From Lingula anatina (Eukaryota; Animalia; Brachiopoda), in NCBI GenBank assembly GCA_051362555.1, contig CM120649.1, positions 6,262,001 to 6,326,000 on the forward strand: DNA of 64,000 nucleotides. The letters are read 5' to 3'. Position 1 is the stretch's first letter. Every line of letters starts with the position of its first letter. The translations under genes and the position numbers were made by a program. Below are positions 28,801 through 42,199 of this stretch, piece by piece. Below the pieces are notes generated by a model. That model was not told the origin of the DNA. It did not search any database and saw only the letters and a list, made by a program, of their open reading frames with translations.

Positions 28801-31319
28801 AGTAATCTTAATCTAATCATACAACTGTTTAAATAAATTTTAAAACTTAGTGTTAAACTTATGTTTAACTTACCTTACATGTTGTGACTCATAGAGATAT
28901 CTCAGGCTTTGATTGCTCTTTTCGAATAGCTGTTCTTGATTTTTTTTAATTTACGTAGCCTAATCTATTTATTCATTTTTGCTTCAGTAAACATTCTGAT
29001 TTCTCTTTGCTTTCATTGGGCTTCAACGTAAAAAGTAATATGGTAAAATGCAATATAATATAATATAATATAATTCCGAATATATTGGAAAATGACGTGA
29101 GGTCAATTCAAGTCATGAAAGTTGCAGCTACGATAATGTATCTAATGGTAGAAATTTAACAAATAATATGTTCAAATATAACCGCAGCAAGTAAGGTGAC
29201 ACTGAAACCGAGACGAAATAAAACCTTTAAGCTATGAAAAACAGTGCATGCCCAGTGTATCCACATTTTATTTGAATCCAGATCAACTTTGGAGAGACTT
29301 TACTTATGACTCAAACCATTATCGCTTCAAAGACCAAACAAGCGGAATTTCATCTACTAGTAACTTCGACTTGACTTCCACCCAATCAAAACTCATTAAA
29401 ACTGAGTTCAAGATATTAAACTGAGATATACTTTATTTTAATATTAAAAAATTACAGGTAACATATTACATTGTTTGTTGTTTCATCGTAGACCTGTATA
29501 TATGCATGCCTCTACCTAGAGATCATATGTTGATTGTGGTGTTATACATGTAGCTGTACGTTTTATTCGGTTTTAAGTATATTTTACGTAAAATTCTGGT
29601 ACTTTTTTTTTTCAAATAACACACTGCCACCCCGTCGGGATATATGCCTTGAATAATCCTGCTGATGCTCGACTTGTTCTAGCAGATCTACGGCATCAAT
29701 TTCCTATGTCACATGATAGCAATTCCAAAAAAAATTATCAATTACAAAATCTACCATTTGAGTTATTTATAATTACATGTCTGTTTACCAAGCGCCTGCC
29801 AAGATGTCATAAGCGACCTTAAATGTCGCTTAAGCTATCAAACAAAGTTTCCATTAGCTCAAATTAGAAAGATAAATACTTCGGCAATTGCAGTGTAGAC
29901 ATTCAAAATATTTAAAAGGTTCCAAATCGATGACAAGTATTTTATTGAAGTAGGAACAGAGGAAACTTTATCGGGGAAACTTAACCTTTAACAAAATCTC
30001 TCTGACTCAGCAGTGCTGACTAATGAAATATGTATCGTGTTGAAATCATGATAATGTACGCGTTTAGTACAAGAGGCCGTGTTTAGATGTACAAAAACAG
30101 CTCTAGTTGCAAACCATATTTGACCTTAAACAGGCTAAATTAAAAAAAATTGTTAATACTTTTACCATTTCTTCATCTACATGCCAATTAATATCAAAAG
30201 CATAGAAATCCTTTTGAAGCATTATGATGATAAATCATGGTTAGCATATTCAAAATATGTTCATTAAAATTTGTAAAATGTCAGGTGCCACAGTTATTGA
30301 AGTATTATATTGGCACTCTGCTAAAAATAAGACGAAAATTTTCGTCTGCATTCCCGGTCTTACATAATAAAACAAATTGATACATGTATTTATGTTGCTT
30401 GAACGTTAATAATTCCTTTTCGTGTCATTTACCGTCACCTCCTTGTGGTTAACAAAACCAACTTTATACTCATCCGTGTACATATTGGTGCATAGTCATT
30501 AGTGCCTCTCCTAATGACATATTCGCCTTTTTGTCACAGCAACTAGATCGAGTTATGACCCTATCAGTACTCAATTAAATGCCATTATAGCTACCACAGA
30601 CGTTAGGTCTCGGTGCGGTAGCAATCTACTCATTTGTCTCTGATATATAAGTAGGTGACCGAATAATGACCAATGACCAATATGATAAGAGGAGGACAAT
30701 AGTTATAATGCACAGTTTGATTGACATTTAACTGAAACATTCTGCGTGTAATACTACTTGTTGTTGGATTAACGTGCTTTGAGAACCCATTTATTTTGCA
30801 ATATGTAAATGCGACGACGTCATTTTACACTGGACGGAGACATTTGAGGATGGACATTTTTTTCGATGTCATTCAAAATGTGAACACGGTATGACGAACT
30901 GCTATTGGCTCCCGCACTGCGACGTGATTCAGAACCCTGTTTATATGGGCCACGGAGTAACAGTTAATGGGTTATTATACATGTTGCTCGTGATAGACGC
31001 TCGGGATGCACTTAATCGGTGACGCCGTTGTCTGCGTGCACTTAGTGCACCTTATTTATCTTTTGCGCATTGATTCTGTATTCCCGATTGGCATCCCGAT
31101 ATTAATTGGTTAAGTGATATACGCCGGTGAGTATCATTCTATGTAGCGATTGTGTGTGTATGAATATATTAAAATGACAGGGTTTAGCTGCAGGAAGTAG
31201 TTTTATTTTTGTCTATATCTGTGCTTCTGTCAGGTGAGACATTGTTCCACATCATTTTTTTTTTCTTTTTATTACTGCAAACTGTCGATTAAGGCGTTCA
31301 CATGTTCCTTCCTATGTTC

Positions 31320-31344
31320 CATTTATTTCTAAAATTGGACTTAA

Positions 31345-31432
<88 letters not shown>

Positions 31433-31531
31433 GCACAGTGCCCCCCCTACACGCACGTGTATGTACATATCCATACGTACAGTGTACATGTACAATCACA
31501 CACGCGCGCATTCAGAGAGAGAGAGAGAGAG

Positions 31532-31568
<37 letters not shown>

Positions 31569-32421
31569 AGTACTGAATAACCCTGACAGCAATATAATGC
31601 TTAATCAAGTCATTAACTATTTGGAAATGAAGCGGGATGAAAATTAGATTATCGAGTCTTAAACCCGCATCCCCATGCCAGCGTCTGCAAAAAGGTCAAA
31701 TTAAAAATTACTTCAGCGATATCGTTCTTACAGTTAAAACAGCATGTCATTTTGATTATATTTCCTCTTTGTTATTATTATTATTAAGTACTTCACAGGC
31801 TAGGACGCGTTTTGTGAAAAATAGAGCTCTGTCATTTGTATATCATAACTGGTTAAGCAAGAACCACGGGCTATGCAACATAAACAATAACAGATTTGCT
31901 GAGGGCACCACCATGAGACTACATGGTGTATGTGAGTAATTCTTTCCAAGCAATGTTTCTATCACTAAAACACGTTACCGGGGAACTGTAGGATAATGGA
32001 ACATGCACCTTATGAGACGTAATGCTGGCAAAGTGTTGTGTTAGATTTATTTTCTTTACAAAGCCTTACAAAATGATAGTTAGCAGTTTTGTGCAATAGA
32101 TGGGCATTGAAAAGGAACGAGGTCGAGACTCCGCAATGCTGATGTGAGCACGTGAAAATTGCAGTGACTTTTAATTTGATCAGGCTTCAGTGTGCAGTGA
32201 TAGTTACATACTGTATTCACAGCGCAGTGCTGAGGTCTCATAAAGCAGCATCCACTTCGGAAGCAAATGGATCCGTAAAATATTCCAAGCACTGCAAAAG
32301 ACTCGATAATCGTACCCGTGGATGTTACGCTATGTTCTGTGGACTACAACGAGAGTGTACAACATGTGTTGTTGGTATGTTCAGGTAAATAACCGAGTGC
32401 ATTTATTTCTAAAATTGGACT
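31320..32421. mobile_element. 1058-bp segment flanked by an exact 22-bp direct repeat (candidate insertion with long TSD)
   Basis: CATTTATTTCTAAAATTGGACT at 31320-31341 and 32400-32421; microsatellite block starts 4 bp after the left copy. Confidence 0.5.
31346..31566. repeat. Compound microsatellite (CT)n(CA)n ... (GA)n
   Basis: (CT)n 31346-31394, (CA)n to 31428, (AG)n 31514-31566. Confidence 0.97.
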
Positions 32422-34186
32422 GTGAGGGTACATGTGTACGCGTACTTAACTCAGTGTACTGGTAAAAAACTTGGCATACTCGGCATAAGTCGAGAAAATG
32501 GAAAAGCTCATAGCTGCGTGCCTCAGGGACACATCAAAACATAACGGATGTATTAAGATATGGAAAGCAAATCAATGTGGGTTTACAATATTGATGAGAG
32601 TTTAACTTTATTTTCATGACCACGCCCACGGCGGGCTCAGCAGTGTCAACTCAACAATGTAAGCTATTCAGAAAGTGAATTCCAGAATCGGGTTGTTCAT
32701 GTTTGGTGAATTGTAATGAATCTTTACGCAGATTAATGATACAGGCTTATCAGATTTTGAAAAAAAAAAACTGCGGCCGTTTCGGAGGAAAAGATGAATG
32801 TGTATACAACGAATTTTATACGTCCCTGAATATGGTTTACTGTTGATTCCTTAAATTGCATTGTGCCGTTATCGGTAAGCATGCATTGTCAGTGTATTTC
32901 TTTATTTGTTCATGCGTATTCCGCCAGATAATGACAGCGTATTCATTTTGGCTCTTCTCCGTTTCCCATTTACTGATTCCCTTTGATGCAGATACAGGTC
33001 TAGGTCGGAAATCAACATAATTGGACTGTTTATTTTCTTTTTCGTACATGTATATTTTTCCATAGTTCGCTTGGTGCATGTGTAGAGTTAACTGCCGATC
33101 CCTTGTTTTTTCTCCTTAAATAGTAAAAAATAAATAAAATTGTGTCTAGGCGGAAATTAGTCTGATCATAATAAGCATCTGAGGCTGTAGTGTTTTATAC
33201 CGTTCACGCAGGAAGGTTGATACAGAAGAGTCGTGATTAAAGGTATATTTTAACCGAGCGTAGGTGGAGCGCGGATTCCCAATAACACATATAAACTACT
33301 TTTACTAGTTTCTTAAACGACTCAAATAAAGTCGACATGCCAAGAAATAAGCGAATTGCTCACTCCGTTAGCTATAAAAGATGTTTAAACTGCATCTTTT
33401 TTCAACATTTTGGTCGTAAATTTGACCTACTTATCTGCCCATTTATATATAGAACAAAAAGCAAGCTGAAAAAAGTCCAAATATCATTTTTCGGGTAAAA
33501 TGAAAAGGCGCCTTCCGGTAATTCTCTTAGTTATATCATTTGAAACTGTATGGTGGCATTTGGCAGTCTTTGTGGCAAAAAAATGACTTAGAATGCATCT
33601 TCAGGAAAGAAAACGACAACATGCCTTTGGTTCACCACTGCATGAATTAAAAATAGGGACATGCCAGGGTATTTTGCATTATTTGCTGAGGTGCTGTTTT
33701 CATAAGGGTAGACTTCCTTGAACCCCACCCCACCCCTTTTTTATGTAAGCGTCTGTATATTCGCTAGCTTTGCTGTCTAGTTTGTATGCTGATTATCATA
33801 TTCAGCGAATATATCCAAGGATACAATTAATAGGATAGAGCTGACTAAATTACCTTTTTGTTGGAATATTCGTACATGTATATTCGTCAGCTCTGCTAAT
33901 TCAAAGGACAATTAAAACAGATACATTCAATTTTAATATCTAAAGACACGCAGTTCTGCATAATCTTTGTGGGATGACACATGTCTAATTAACGTGATTA
34001 ATTGTCGTATTCATAGCATGGTCACACCTACGTGCACCTGCCAGAATTGTCCCCTCTCTATCAAGGTGTCAATCGCTAGTACTAATTAATTCCCCTTATT
34101 TCTGAGATCTATATCGCACTAGTTTGTGATATAATCGCCATTAAAAGGGCAATGAATAAGCACTGGGGTCATCTATGTGAGCCGGG

Positions 34187-34345
34187 TTTATTTCATTGCA
34201 TTTTATTTCATATCATATCATGTCAATTCATAACATATCATATCATACCTTTTCTATTTTCTTTACTTATTCATATTTTTTATTTTCTATTTTATTTCAG
34301 TCCATTTCATTTCACAACATTCTATATATTTTATTTTATTTTTTA
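34187..34345. repeat. Decayed pentanucleotide repeat (ATTTC/ATATC/ATTTT)
   Basis: catatcatatcat, catttcatttc, ttttattttatt units. Confidence 0.65.
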
Positions 34346-36545
34346 TCTAATTTTTGTTTATCCACTGTCATTTCCCTTATTCTTGCATCTACCCTTTTTA
34401 AAATGATTGCTTACCTAAGATTTTAAATTTCATTTTTAAATACAAACACCAAATTTTATAGAAGAGAAATTATTATAACTCTTTATTTTATGCAAACAAA
34501 TATGTTTACTGGAACTAAGTGCGATTCCTCGACAAATTCCATGACCAACAAATTAAAAACACAATGATAGACCTATTGATTAACTAGGTATTGTTCAGTA
34601 ACAAAACGTTCGGAAATCTGAAGTATTTGAAAGGCATATCTTATAAAACATATAAGTAGACGCGCCAAAAGTCTGGAAATTACTCATCTGCAAAATGTCA
34701 GAAGGAAAAGAAGATAGAGAACAATGTCAAATCTAGGACCTAGTATAGGCCTGTTTGGCTATCTACAGGTAATGGAGAAAGGCCACGTTTTGTTTATATT
34801 GTCCTTAATTTTTATAAATTAAGACCTTAACCTATGTTTTATAAATGTACAAACTTCGGTGTTTTATAGGCTCATGAAGGCGGGTGATTTATATACCTCT
34901 GTGTTCACATGTTAAGTTAATAAATAAATAAATACTATATACAGTCCAAGTTATACAGGAAAAGAGTATAGGCAGCATTTTTATGAAGCAGAGCAAATGC
35001 ATATCTTACTTGTTTCCGATAAATGTATCAATTTTGAAATTTGAAAGTAAGTTTTATAGCCGAAAACGAAATCTAGTGGTTTAAAACATAACTTGATGAG
35101 ACGTTATTGGGGCCATTTGCTAAATAAGCCACTAGTGAAACCATCATTGAAAAGAATTATCTTTAACGTGATTAATCTGTGGCGATTGCTTACATATATA
35201 TCGCAAAATCTAACATTTCTAAAAGTGACCGAAAATGCCCATGTGAAACGCACATCCTCTGCTTGAGATTATTGGATCAAAGGCTTTATATTTTCGTGAA
35301 GAAATAAACAACTTTAGCACAAAATGTTAGAGCTCACTGGACAAAAGGACAAGAAGAGGTTCACTAATTCTTGGGTACGTGCACTGTGAATGGTTATCAA
35401 TCAGACAAAAACAAATGCAAGCAGGAAGCTAATTAGAAAAGAATGAGAAGTTAAGAAAATGTCTTGCATCAGAGCTTTAAAACCTTGGTAATGAGTTCAT
35501 GCATTATAATTACTAATTCTAACAACATAAATCTAGGAGAGGAAAGCCACAATAGCAAAAGATATAACAAAAAAAACGGAGAATTTAGAGAATGGTACGA
35601 CAAGAGAGGTTGTGCAAGATTAATATTTTTTCTATTCATGCCCAAGGGAGCAAGGACAGAAATGAAAGTGAACCTTTCAGAAATGCAGTGGAAGAGTTAT
35701 GGTCGTTGGTTACGCAACGATGGTTGAGCTTTTTTATTCTTAATTCTTGTGCGTAAGTGACACTGCAGTTTTAGCACATGTAGTTATCTATCTCGAAAGC
35801 AAGCTGGTACAGAAGTCCCGGACGACATTTCGTTGTCAGTCTTTCCTCTGTACTCAATAACCCTCGAGTCACAAGTCTGAACATGGGACAGAGCACGTAA
35901 CGCTGTAATTAGATACATATAACGGGCTCCCAACACCTTTTGGCAGCCGTGTCACCAAAAGTTCAGTGGCCGGTTTTATTGGTTATTGAATATTCAGACT
36001 ACTGGAATAGCTGCAGAGTTCAAAATTGTAACCCGAGATTTTATGTACGTGTATTTGATAGCCGCCGACGTTTATCGGTGACTACGATTTTTTAGTGAAT
36101 TCGATTACCGTGCTGACTTCAAAGTTTTGTTGTTTAAGGGAAATGCTAATTAACGTTTAAGTTGATACACTGCACCAGAATGTTTAGGGAAGTATACTTT
36201 CGGTGGCATTAATTCTGTGCGTCGCTCGACTCGTTAGATGCGTTGTCAACGCTCTTTGGGGGGGGGGGGGGGGGTGAAAGTGGTAAGGAAAGGACAATTC
36301 CTCTTGCTGTTATAAAATATGTTCATTTTATTGGCTATATTATTTTGGAAATGACAATTTTTCTATAATTATCAGCACCCCCTCGCCCTCATGTATTTTT
36401 ATCCTAAATGTGCCAACGGCCCGTCACAGGTGCAAGTGTAGGGAGAGGCTTGTCACCAACCCTAATTCCCTGAACCGACGTCAATTTTATTCCCCAGTGC
36501 GTCTTGAGACAATGCTGCGTTTTAGGAGGGCAAGTCAAATGTGAG

Positions 36546-36625
36546 CCAATCAAATGCAAAAATTATATAAATACAATGTGTTACTCTCTCCCGGGTCACA
36601 CATCACATCATTCGAAAAGGTGAAT
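36546..36625 (+). promoter_or_regulatory. Candidate Pol II core promoter (CCAAT + TATA + Inr-like)
   Basis: CCAAT 36546-36550, TATATAAATA 36564-36573, TCACAC/TCATTC initiator-like motifs at about 36596-36613, donor-like AAG|GTGAAT at 36620. Confidence 0.35.
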
Positions 36626-39113
36626 GCGTGCGAGTGAGGTTACCGCAGTGCAGTTGGACATCTTGTTATTTCGGGAAGACCAATGAACATGGTTCTACTA
36701 TCCCGAATTCGCATGATTTAGATAACGCCATTGGTCGGGTCTAATGCACGGTGGCCAAAAATCAAACCTCCACTGGAAAGAAATGCAAATCTGAACCCAT
36801 ACTCTCCGAGGGTTGAATATTTTAGGGATTTTTTTTCCTCAGCTTTCGCTCTCCCCCTGAATATTGACTGAACGCATAATCACTTTGCACTGACATAAAT
36901 TACTACTATTTTCATGGCGGTTTCGGTGCATCAGTATCGTGATAACGCTTCCAGTCATGAAATCCAGCAATACCGTCCTCCCCGTGAGCGCCCAGGTGAG
37001 GCATCGGGATATTATCTTTTGATTTTTTTTCCTATAGTGCCATTAACTTACTGTCAACAGTGAATGGATGGGTGGGTGGGTTAGGGGGGCCATCTCAACA
37101 CTGTGTTTCCTGCCGAGAAAATTTCTACTGGGACAATCGTATTTGGTGTTTTTCTAGAGAACTAGCTGAGTTCAGTTATCGTAATTTGGCCACTAGTTTT
37201 TTTTTCTTCGGTAGATCTTACCCCGGCTTCATTTGATACATTCCGTATTAACATAGGTGTTTTTAACACAATCGGGTGCTGCTTGCTGTTAAACATCCTT
37301 CCACAGCATTTATTACTAATGACGGGCGCTTGAATTGCTGATTTGCCATAACTTTCTACTTTGGTCTTGTTGATCTTTTGAATGAGACGTTTTAAACTTC
37401 TTGGTTTCTATAATTTTATGAAAAGACAGTGGCGAGGATTGTTCATTTTTCAGTAAGTTTTCCACAATAAAAGGGACATGACCTATAAGTTATGACGAGC
37501 CTTGAAGTTTTTTTTTTTTTTTTTTTTTTTGTAATTTGCAGTATTGCTTAAATGAAATTGTCATCACCTTATCAAATGCTGCCTTCGATTATTGTTGGTG
37601 TTATTAGTATGTTGACATAAGTTAACTTCGATTTGGGTGAAGACGATTTTCATTTAATAGAAAATATGGCTGTCTTCCGTTTCTATAAAAGTAATGCAAT
37701 GAGCTTTACAGCAACTGATGAAAAAATATAACCAAATTAAGCACAAAAGTAGACAGTTTTCAAAATTCAATAAAAAAAAAATAAATAAATGGGCGTTATT
37801 TGAACCTGGCGCTTTCCCTAACTAGATCAATTTGAATGTAATACGCCCTTAACATTTTGTCATAGTGTGTGACGTGGCTCTTTTCGTTTAACACAGTTAA
37901 TTAGTTTACCCTAAAATACAGTTTTAAAATTGAGCCGTCAACACGCCATGTACTTCCACTACCAGTGGTTAGTTAGTTGGTTATTAATTAGTACTATTCC
38001 CACATACAATGCGATAAACGGGCAAAGCGATCCACGTTATTGTATACAAGTTTAACCAATTTTAACTTATATAGCCAAACAAAGTCTGATACGCGTAATA
38101 AACCTATGTCTCAGTCCTGCCTTGGTGTGACTTACGATCAGTACATTTCACTGACTCTTTGTCAAATCTCATGTCATTTTCTCGTGGTTCTATAATTATA
38201 TTTGCATGCATTATTGTTAAGTTTTTAATTATTGATTGTTTACACTCATTATTATTTTGAATGAGCAGTCATCGTGATGTAAATTTACTGGTATGATATG
38301 CTTGAGTTGTGACCTTTTATGACTTTTGTTAAAAACATGTATAGATTGAAATGAAATGTCTACATGTCTCGTTTAATTCAAAATGTAGGTTGGCTTTTAT
38401 TTCGTATTTCCTTGAGTTCACGAACATTTTAGTCCGAAGTTTGAAACTCATTTTCATACTATCATTTTTCAAAATCATGAAATATTCGGACAAACCAGTG
38501 TTTAAGTATATGTAAAATTGTGAAAGCTAGCCATTGAAATCCATGGGAAGACAAACAAATCGCAATTTATGCCGTGAAGGTAATTGCACTGAATGGCTCT
38601 GTCGCTCAGTACAAGATGGCGTGCAAGAATTGTCGATTTATTTGAGGTAAAATCCCTGCGGCAAGTTGAGAATGGCATCTAACGGATTTATGGTTGTGTA
38701 TGCGGCGCATATTTGAATTAAGAGCAAGACGGATGGAAGTCAGTTTACCAATTCATCAGTTTTTTTTTTTTTTTTTTTTACATTCTATACAGCAGAAGCA
38801 ATATCTTCCCTGAACGTTTGTATGCATTGCGGTAGCATTATGTAAAATTGACAGTTTTATTTACGGCTTCGTTTAAAACAGCTATTTAACGTGGCTCATT
38901 ATTAAGCTTATTATCGGAATTATTATTATTATTTTTTTTTAATGTCTTTCTATGGACTCTACAATTCTCCAGTAAATAATGATGATGATGATTTTGTACA
39001 ACAACGTAAAATAAAAAAAACCCTTCGTGTGGAAGTAAATAGATCAATGTTTTTGTTCAAGTTACGCAGAACTTTAAAATGTGTAACGTTTCGAGCAAAA
39101 TACTTGTAGGGTT

Positions 39114-39115
<2 letters not shown>

Positions 39116-39169
<54 letters not shown>
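39116..39169. repeat. (TA)27 microsatellite
   Basis: Read directly. Confidence 0.97.
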
Positions 39170-39171
<2 letters not shown>

Positions 39172-39399
39172 GATTAGATGATGATTCAACTTGACTTTGT
39201 CGCATATAGCTGTTTGTCACACGCGGTTTATTCAACCATCTTGCGACCCACCACCTGCGTTGTGTTAAGTACATTTTCCAACTGATTGAGATATAAGTAG
39301 ATTTTGATTGTCGTGTGTCGTGATAACGACCAACATGGTGCCAGGCCGGGATGACCAATTTTCTGTGGTATCCAAAGCAGGACAGTTGTTTTGTAACTC

Positions 39400-39963
39400 A
39401 TCCTTGTGGGGGGGGGGGGGGAGGAGGAGGGGGATGAAAGGGGGCAGGGAGCCTTGAGATTTTCAAGGTGCCAGTTCTCAATGTTATTCAAACGCAATGT
39501 GTGCTATAATCTCGGTGTAGAATAACCAGACCAGAACCCGGGCTCGCATTCGTATGGATAAACAGAGAGTGAGAGTGAGACTGGTAAGCGGGTAGAAACA
39601 TCATTTTCTACAGGTACCTTGAGACGCCCCCTGGTGTCATTCGGTGCGCCCTCGATGTGGGCATTTTGATGTGCTGGTCGAGAGTAGCGAGAGCACAGTG
39701 CGAACCAAGTACGAACCAAGTGGTTATACATGTTTGGGGCACTGGATAAAAATACGCGGCACTGCGGTTTAACTACACAACTCGTGTTAGTGGATAGACA
39801 TAAACGACTGTTCTGCGTCTAGATGCGGTTGACTCAAAGTGTTGACGAGTTGGAAGGCTACAGTCACGTCTCAGACACCCATTTTCAGCGGGGCAGGACG
39901 GGCGATGATTTGGGGATGTTTCGACTTTCCTTCGAGGCAGTGGCTCAGAAAACATAAGTAGGT
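39400..39963 (+). promoter_or_regulatory. CpG-rich island; candidate promoter/first exon of the zinc-finger gene
   Basis: GC/CpG-enriched relative to flanks; G-rich tract 39407-39449; CTCF-like motif 39622-39637; donor-like AA|GTAGGT at 39958 followed by T-rich sequence. Confidence 0.35.
39622..39637 (-). promoter_or_regulatory. CTCF-like motif
   Basis: Minus strand reads ACACCAGGGGGCGTCT versus canonical CCACCAGGGGGCGC. Confidence 0.45.
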
Positions 39964-41671
39964 TGTAGTTTTTGTTTAAATTTTCAGTCGAGAGTTAACA
40001 ATTGTGACGCATGACATGTGCAGAAGTCCGTGATTTTAATTCACTTTAATTTACAAATGGATATTATATGCACACCGAGTATCACCGTGTCACATATTTC
40101 TGGCCGCAGATCATGAGACCGTATTTTGTTCATACATCAGGTTTTCAGTTTGAAACAGAATCGTGAAGGGTATTTCATTTTGTTTGTTAGATGTCCTGTT
40201 TCTTACATGACTGAGTTTTTGTGTTGAAGCTTTTTACATTGTACGAGTTCCTGAAAAACATACTCATTGTGCTCGATTGGTTATATATTTATTTGTACAG
40301 TCGCATTAACGTACTGGGAAAGGATGCTCATTTTAATCAACACTGACAATAAGGGTATTTATATTTTGGGTATATGCATTGATAATTTATATATTAACAT
40401 AGGACTTCGGACATCTACTTGTACGCTGTTTGCAATGAAATATTTCTAATATGTTTCCAATATAGGCTTTTTAGTGTTGTAGTTTTAAACACTGATTATT
40501 GTTGGGTTCACTTTGCCGCATTTTTTGTCTAGCTTTTATCATTTCGTATGCCTAAAACATTAATTAGTTCATGCATAAGACTGTCAATTATATGCACAGC
40601 CTTAAAACTGATGGTAGATTAAAAAGGACGTTGCTCCCATTCAAAGACATAAAAGTAACTTACAGTGTTGTTTTTAAAATGCATCACATTTGGGGAAATT
40701 AGTCTGACGTTAAACAAGAAATGTGAAAAAGAAAAATATAAAAAAAAAACGAAACAAGTATAATGTTGGAACCAGCAACACGTTGTATGGTTTCAAAGTA
40801 GAATTGTTTGGTAAAAACAGAAATGCCGTGAAACTTAACTGATAACCGGTATTAGATAAAGGTGCATAGATGATACGAAAACCATTACATATAGGCCCAT
40901 CAACGCCTTTACTGGTACCAGTTTTTGTCTATTTGTCAAATGGAAAGATAAAATGTATATTTCATAAGTACTCGTCTTTTTATTTAGTTAGGAACAGGTC
41001 CTATATAAGCCATGATTTTATCTCTAAAACTGTGTAACTTACACAGTTTCATTGTTGTATGACACTCTTGTAACTTACAAGCAAGATATTAATAGGATTA
41101 GAGCCATTGGTAAAATGTGCTAAAACCAACTCTAATAATAATAATAATAATAATCAGTAAAAACGTGTACTAATGATAAGGAAGTATCCAAGTTTAAAGG
41201 TTGTCAATGAATTGAATGACATATATCCCAAATGAGACACAACTAGAAAATAATATTTATAAAACTTAGTACAACTAATATAATTAAGAAAATATGAAGA
41301 TACCGTTGACCTTAAATTACATTTATTGTTGTTTTAAGAACTGTGTTCTTTGTAAATATTTGCTTTTAACTGCAAAACTGTAAATACTTTGATGACTTTT
41401 TTACGGGAGACATAATATATCTAATAATACATTATATATTTTTAACCAGTTTCAGCGACAAAGTTTTTAATAGGTGTTGGATTTCACAATTGCTTCTTTT
41501 ACTTGTGGGAATTGTAGGGAACATGATATGACTATAAACTAAAAATAATTTTGAGGAAATTCATATCTTACCCAAGCCTGGTTGAAAAAGATTCTTTTGC
41601 GTGCGGGGGGGATAGCTCAGGTCCCTTTTAATTATATGTATATTTTCATGTTTATCTTATTCAACATGTTT

Positions 41672-41722
41672 TTATATATTCCATCATAGGGAGTTTTTAA
41701 CTCCCTATGATGGAATATATAA
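41672..41722. repeat. Perfect inverted repeat, 24-bp arms, 3-nt spacer
   Basis: TTATATATTCCATCATAGGGAGTT-ttt-AACTCCCTATGATGGAATATATAA. Confidence 0.95.
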
Positions 41723-42199
41723 TTTCATTTTTCTGCATATTATCGCTAATATTTATTTCAAAGAAAAAGGTGTTTAGTGGAAATGCACTGCCACGTTACT
41801 ATTCGCCATCAACTTGAAAATTAACTGATTCTTGCAGAAAAGTTTCCTTATATGATCAATGACATTTTGAGAAAACACAATGTCAAGTTTTCTATACCAA
41901 TTTACACCAGCAAATTCGCATTTTAGGAATTCTCTCTCTTTGTCTCTTTGATCTTTTTCATGCAGCAATATAGATCTTAAAACCGCAGGTGGCCAGAAAG
42001 TTATACCTTAAATGTTATCCGAAGGCTGCATTCTTTCAGTGCCATCCCAATGAAACGTACGTAACCGTTATACCCGCTCCTTTACATTGCGCGCACAACT
42101 TTTCGCAATAAACTTGTATCAACCAAAATGTACATGAATAGGACGTGGATCACGCGGGCCCTAATCGATACCTTACGTGTCCTTTGCTATCAATTTCAG

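Noticed and set aside
30831-30852. 10-nt match to the miR-184 5' end (similarly miR-2-like TATCACAGCC at 10011)
   Set aside because: Match stops after 10 nt and no precursor hairpin is evident.
31298-31647. ORFs with RERERE/SLSLSL/THTHTH runs (also 39074-39358, 44181-44614, 57124-57375)
   Set aside because: Translations of microsatellites.
34152-34426. Hydrophobic membrane-protein-like ORFs (also 54377-54921)
   Set aside because: F/I/Y/L richness comes from T-rich decayed simple repeats.
37791-37860. Minus-strand tRNA-like fragment (GTTAAGGGCG...CCAGGTTCAAAT)
   Set aside because: Partial B box only; stems do not pair.
38595-38665. tRNA/SINE-head-like sequence (GGCTCTGTCGCTCAGT...GGTAAAATCCC)
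   Set aside because: A and B boxes are both degenerate, no cloverleaf can be built and no second copy was seen.
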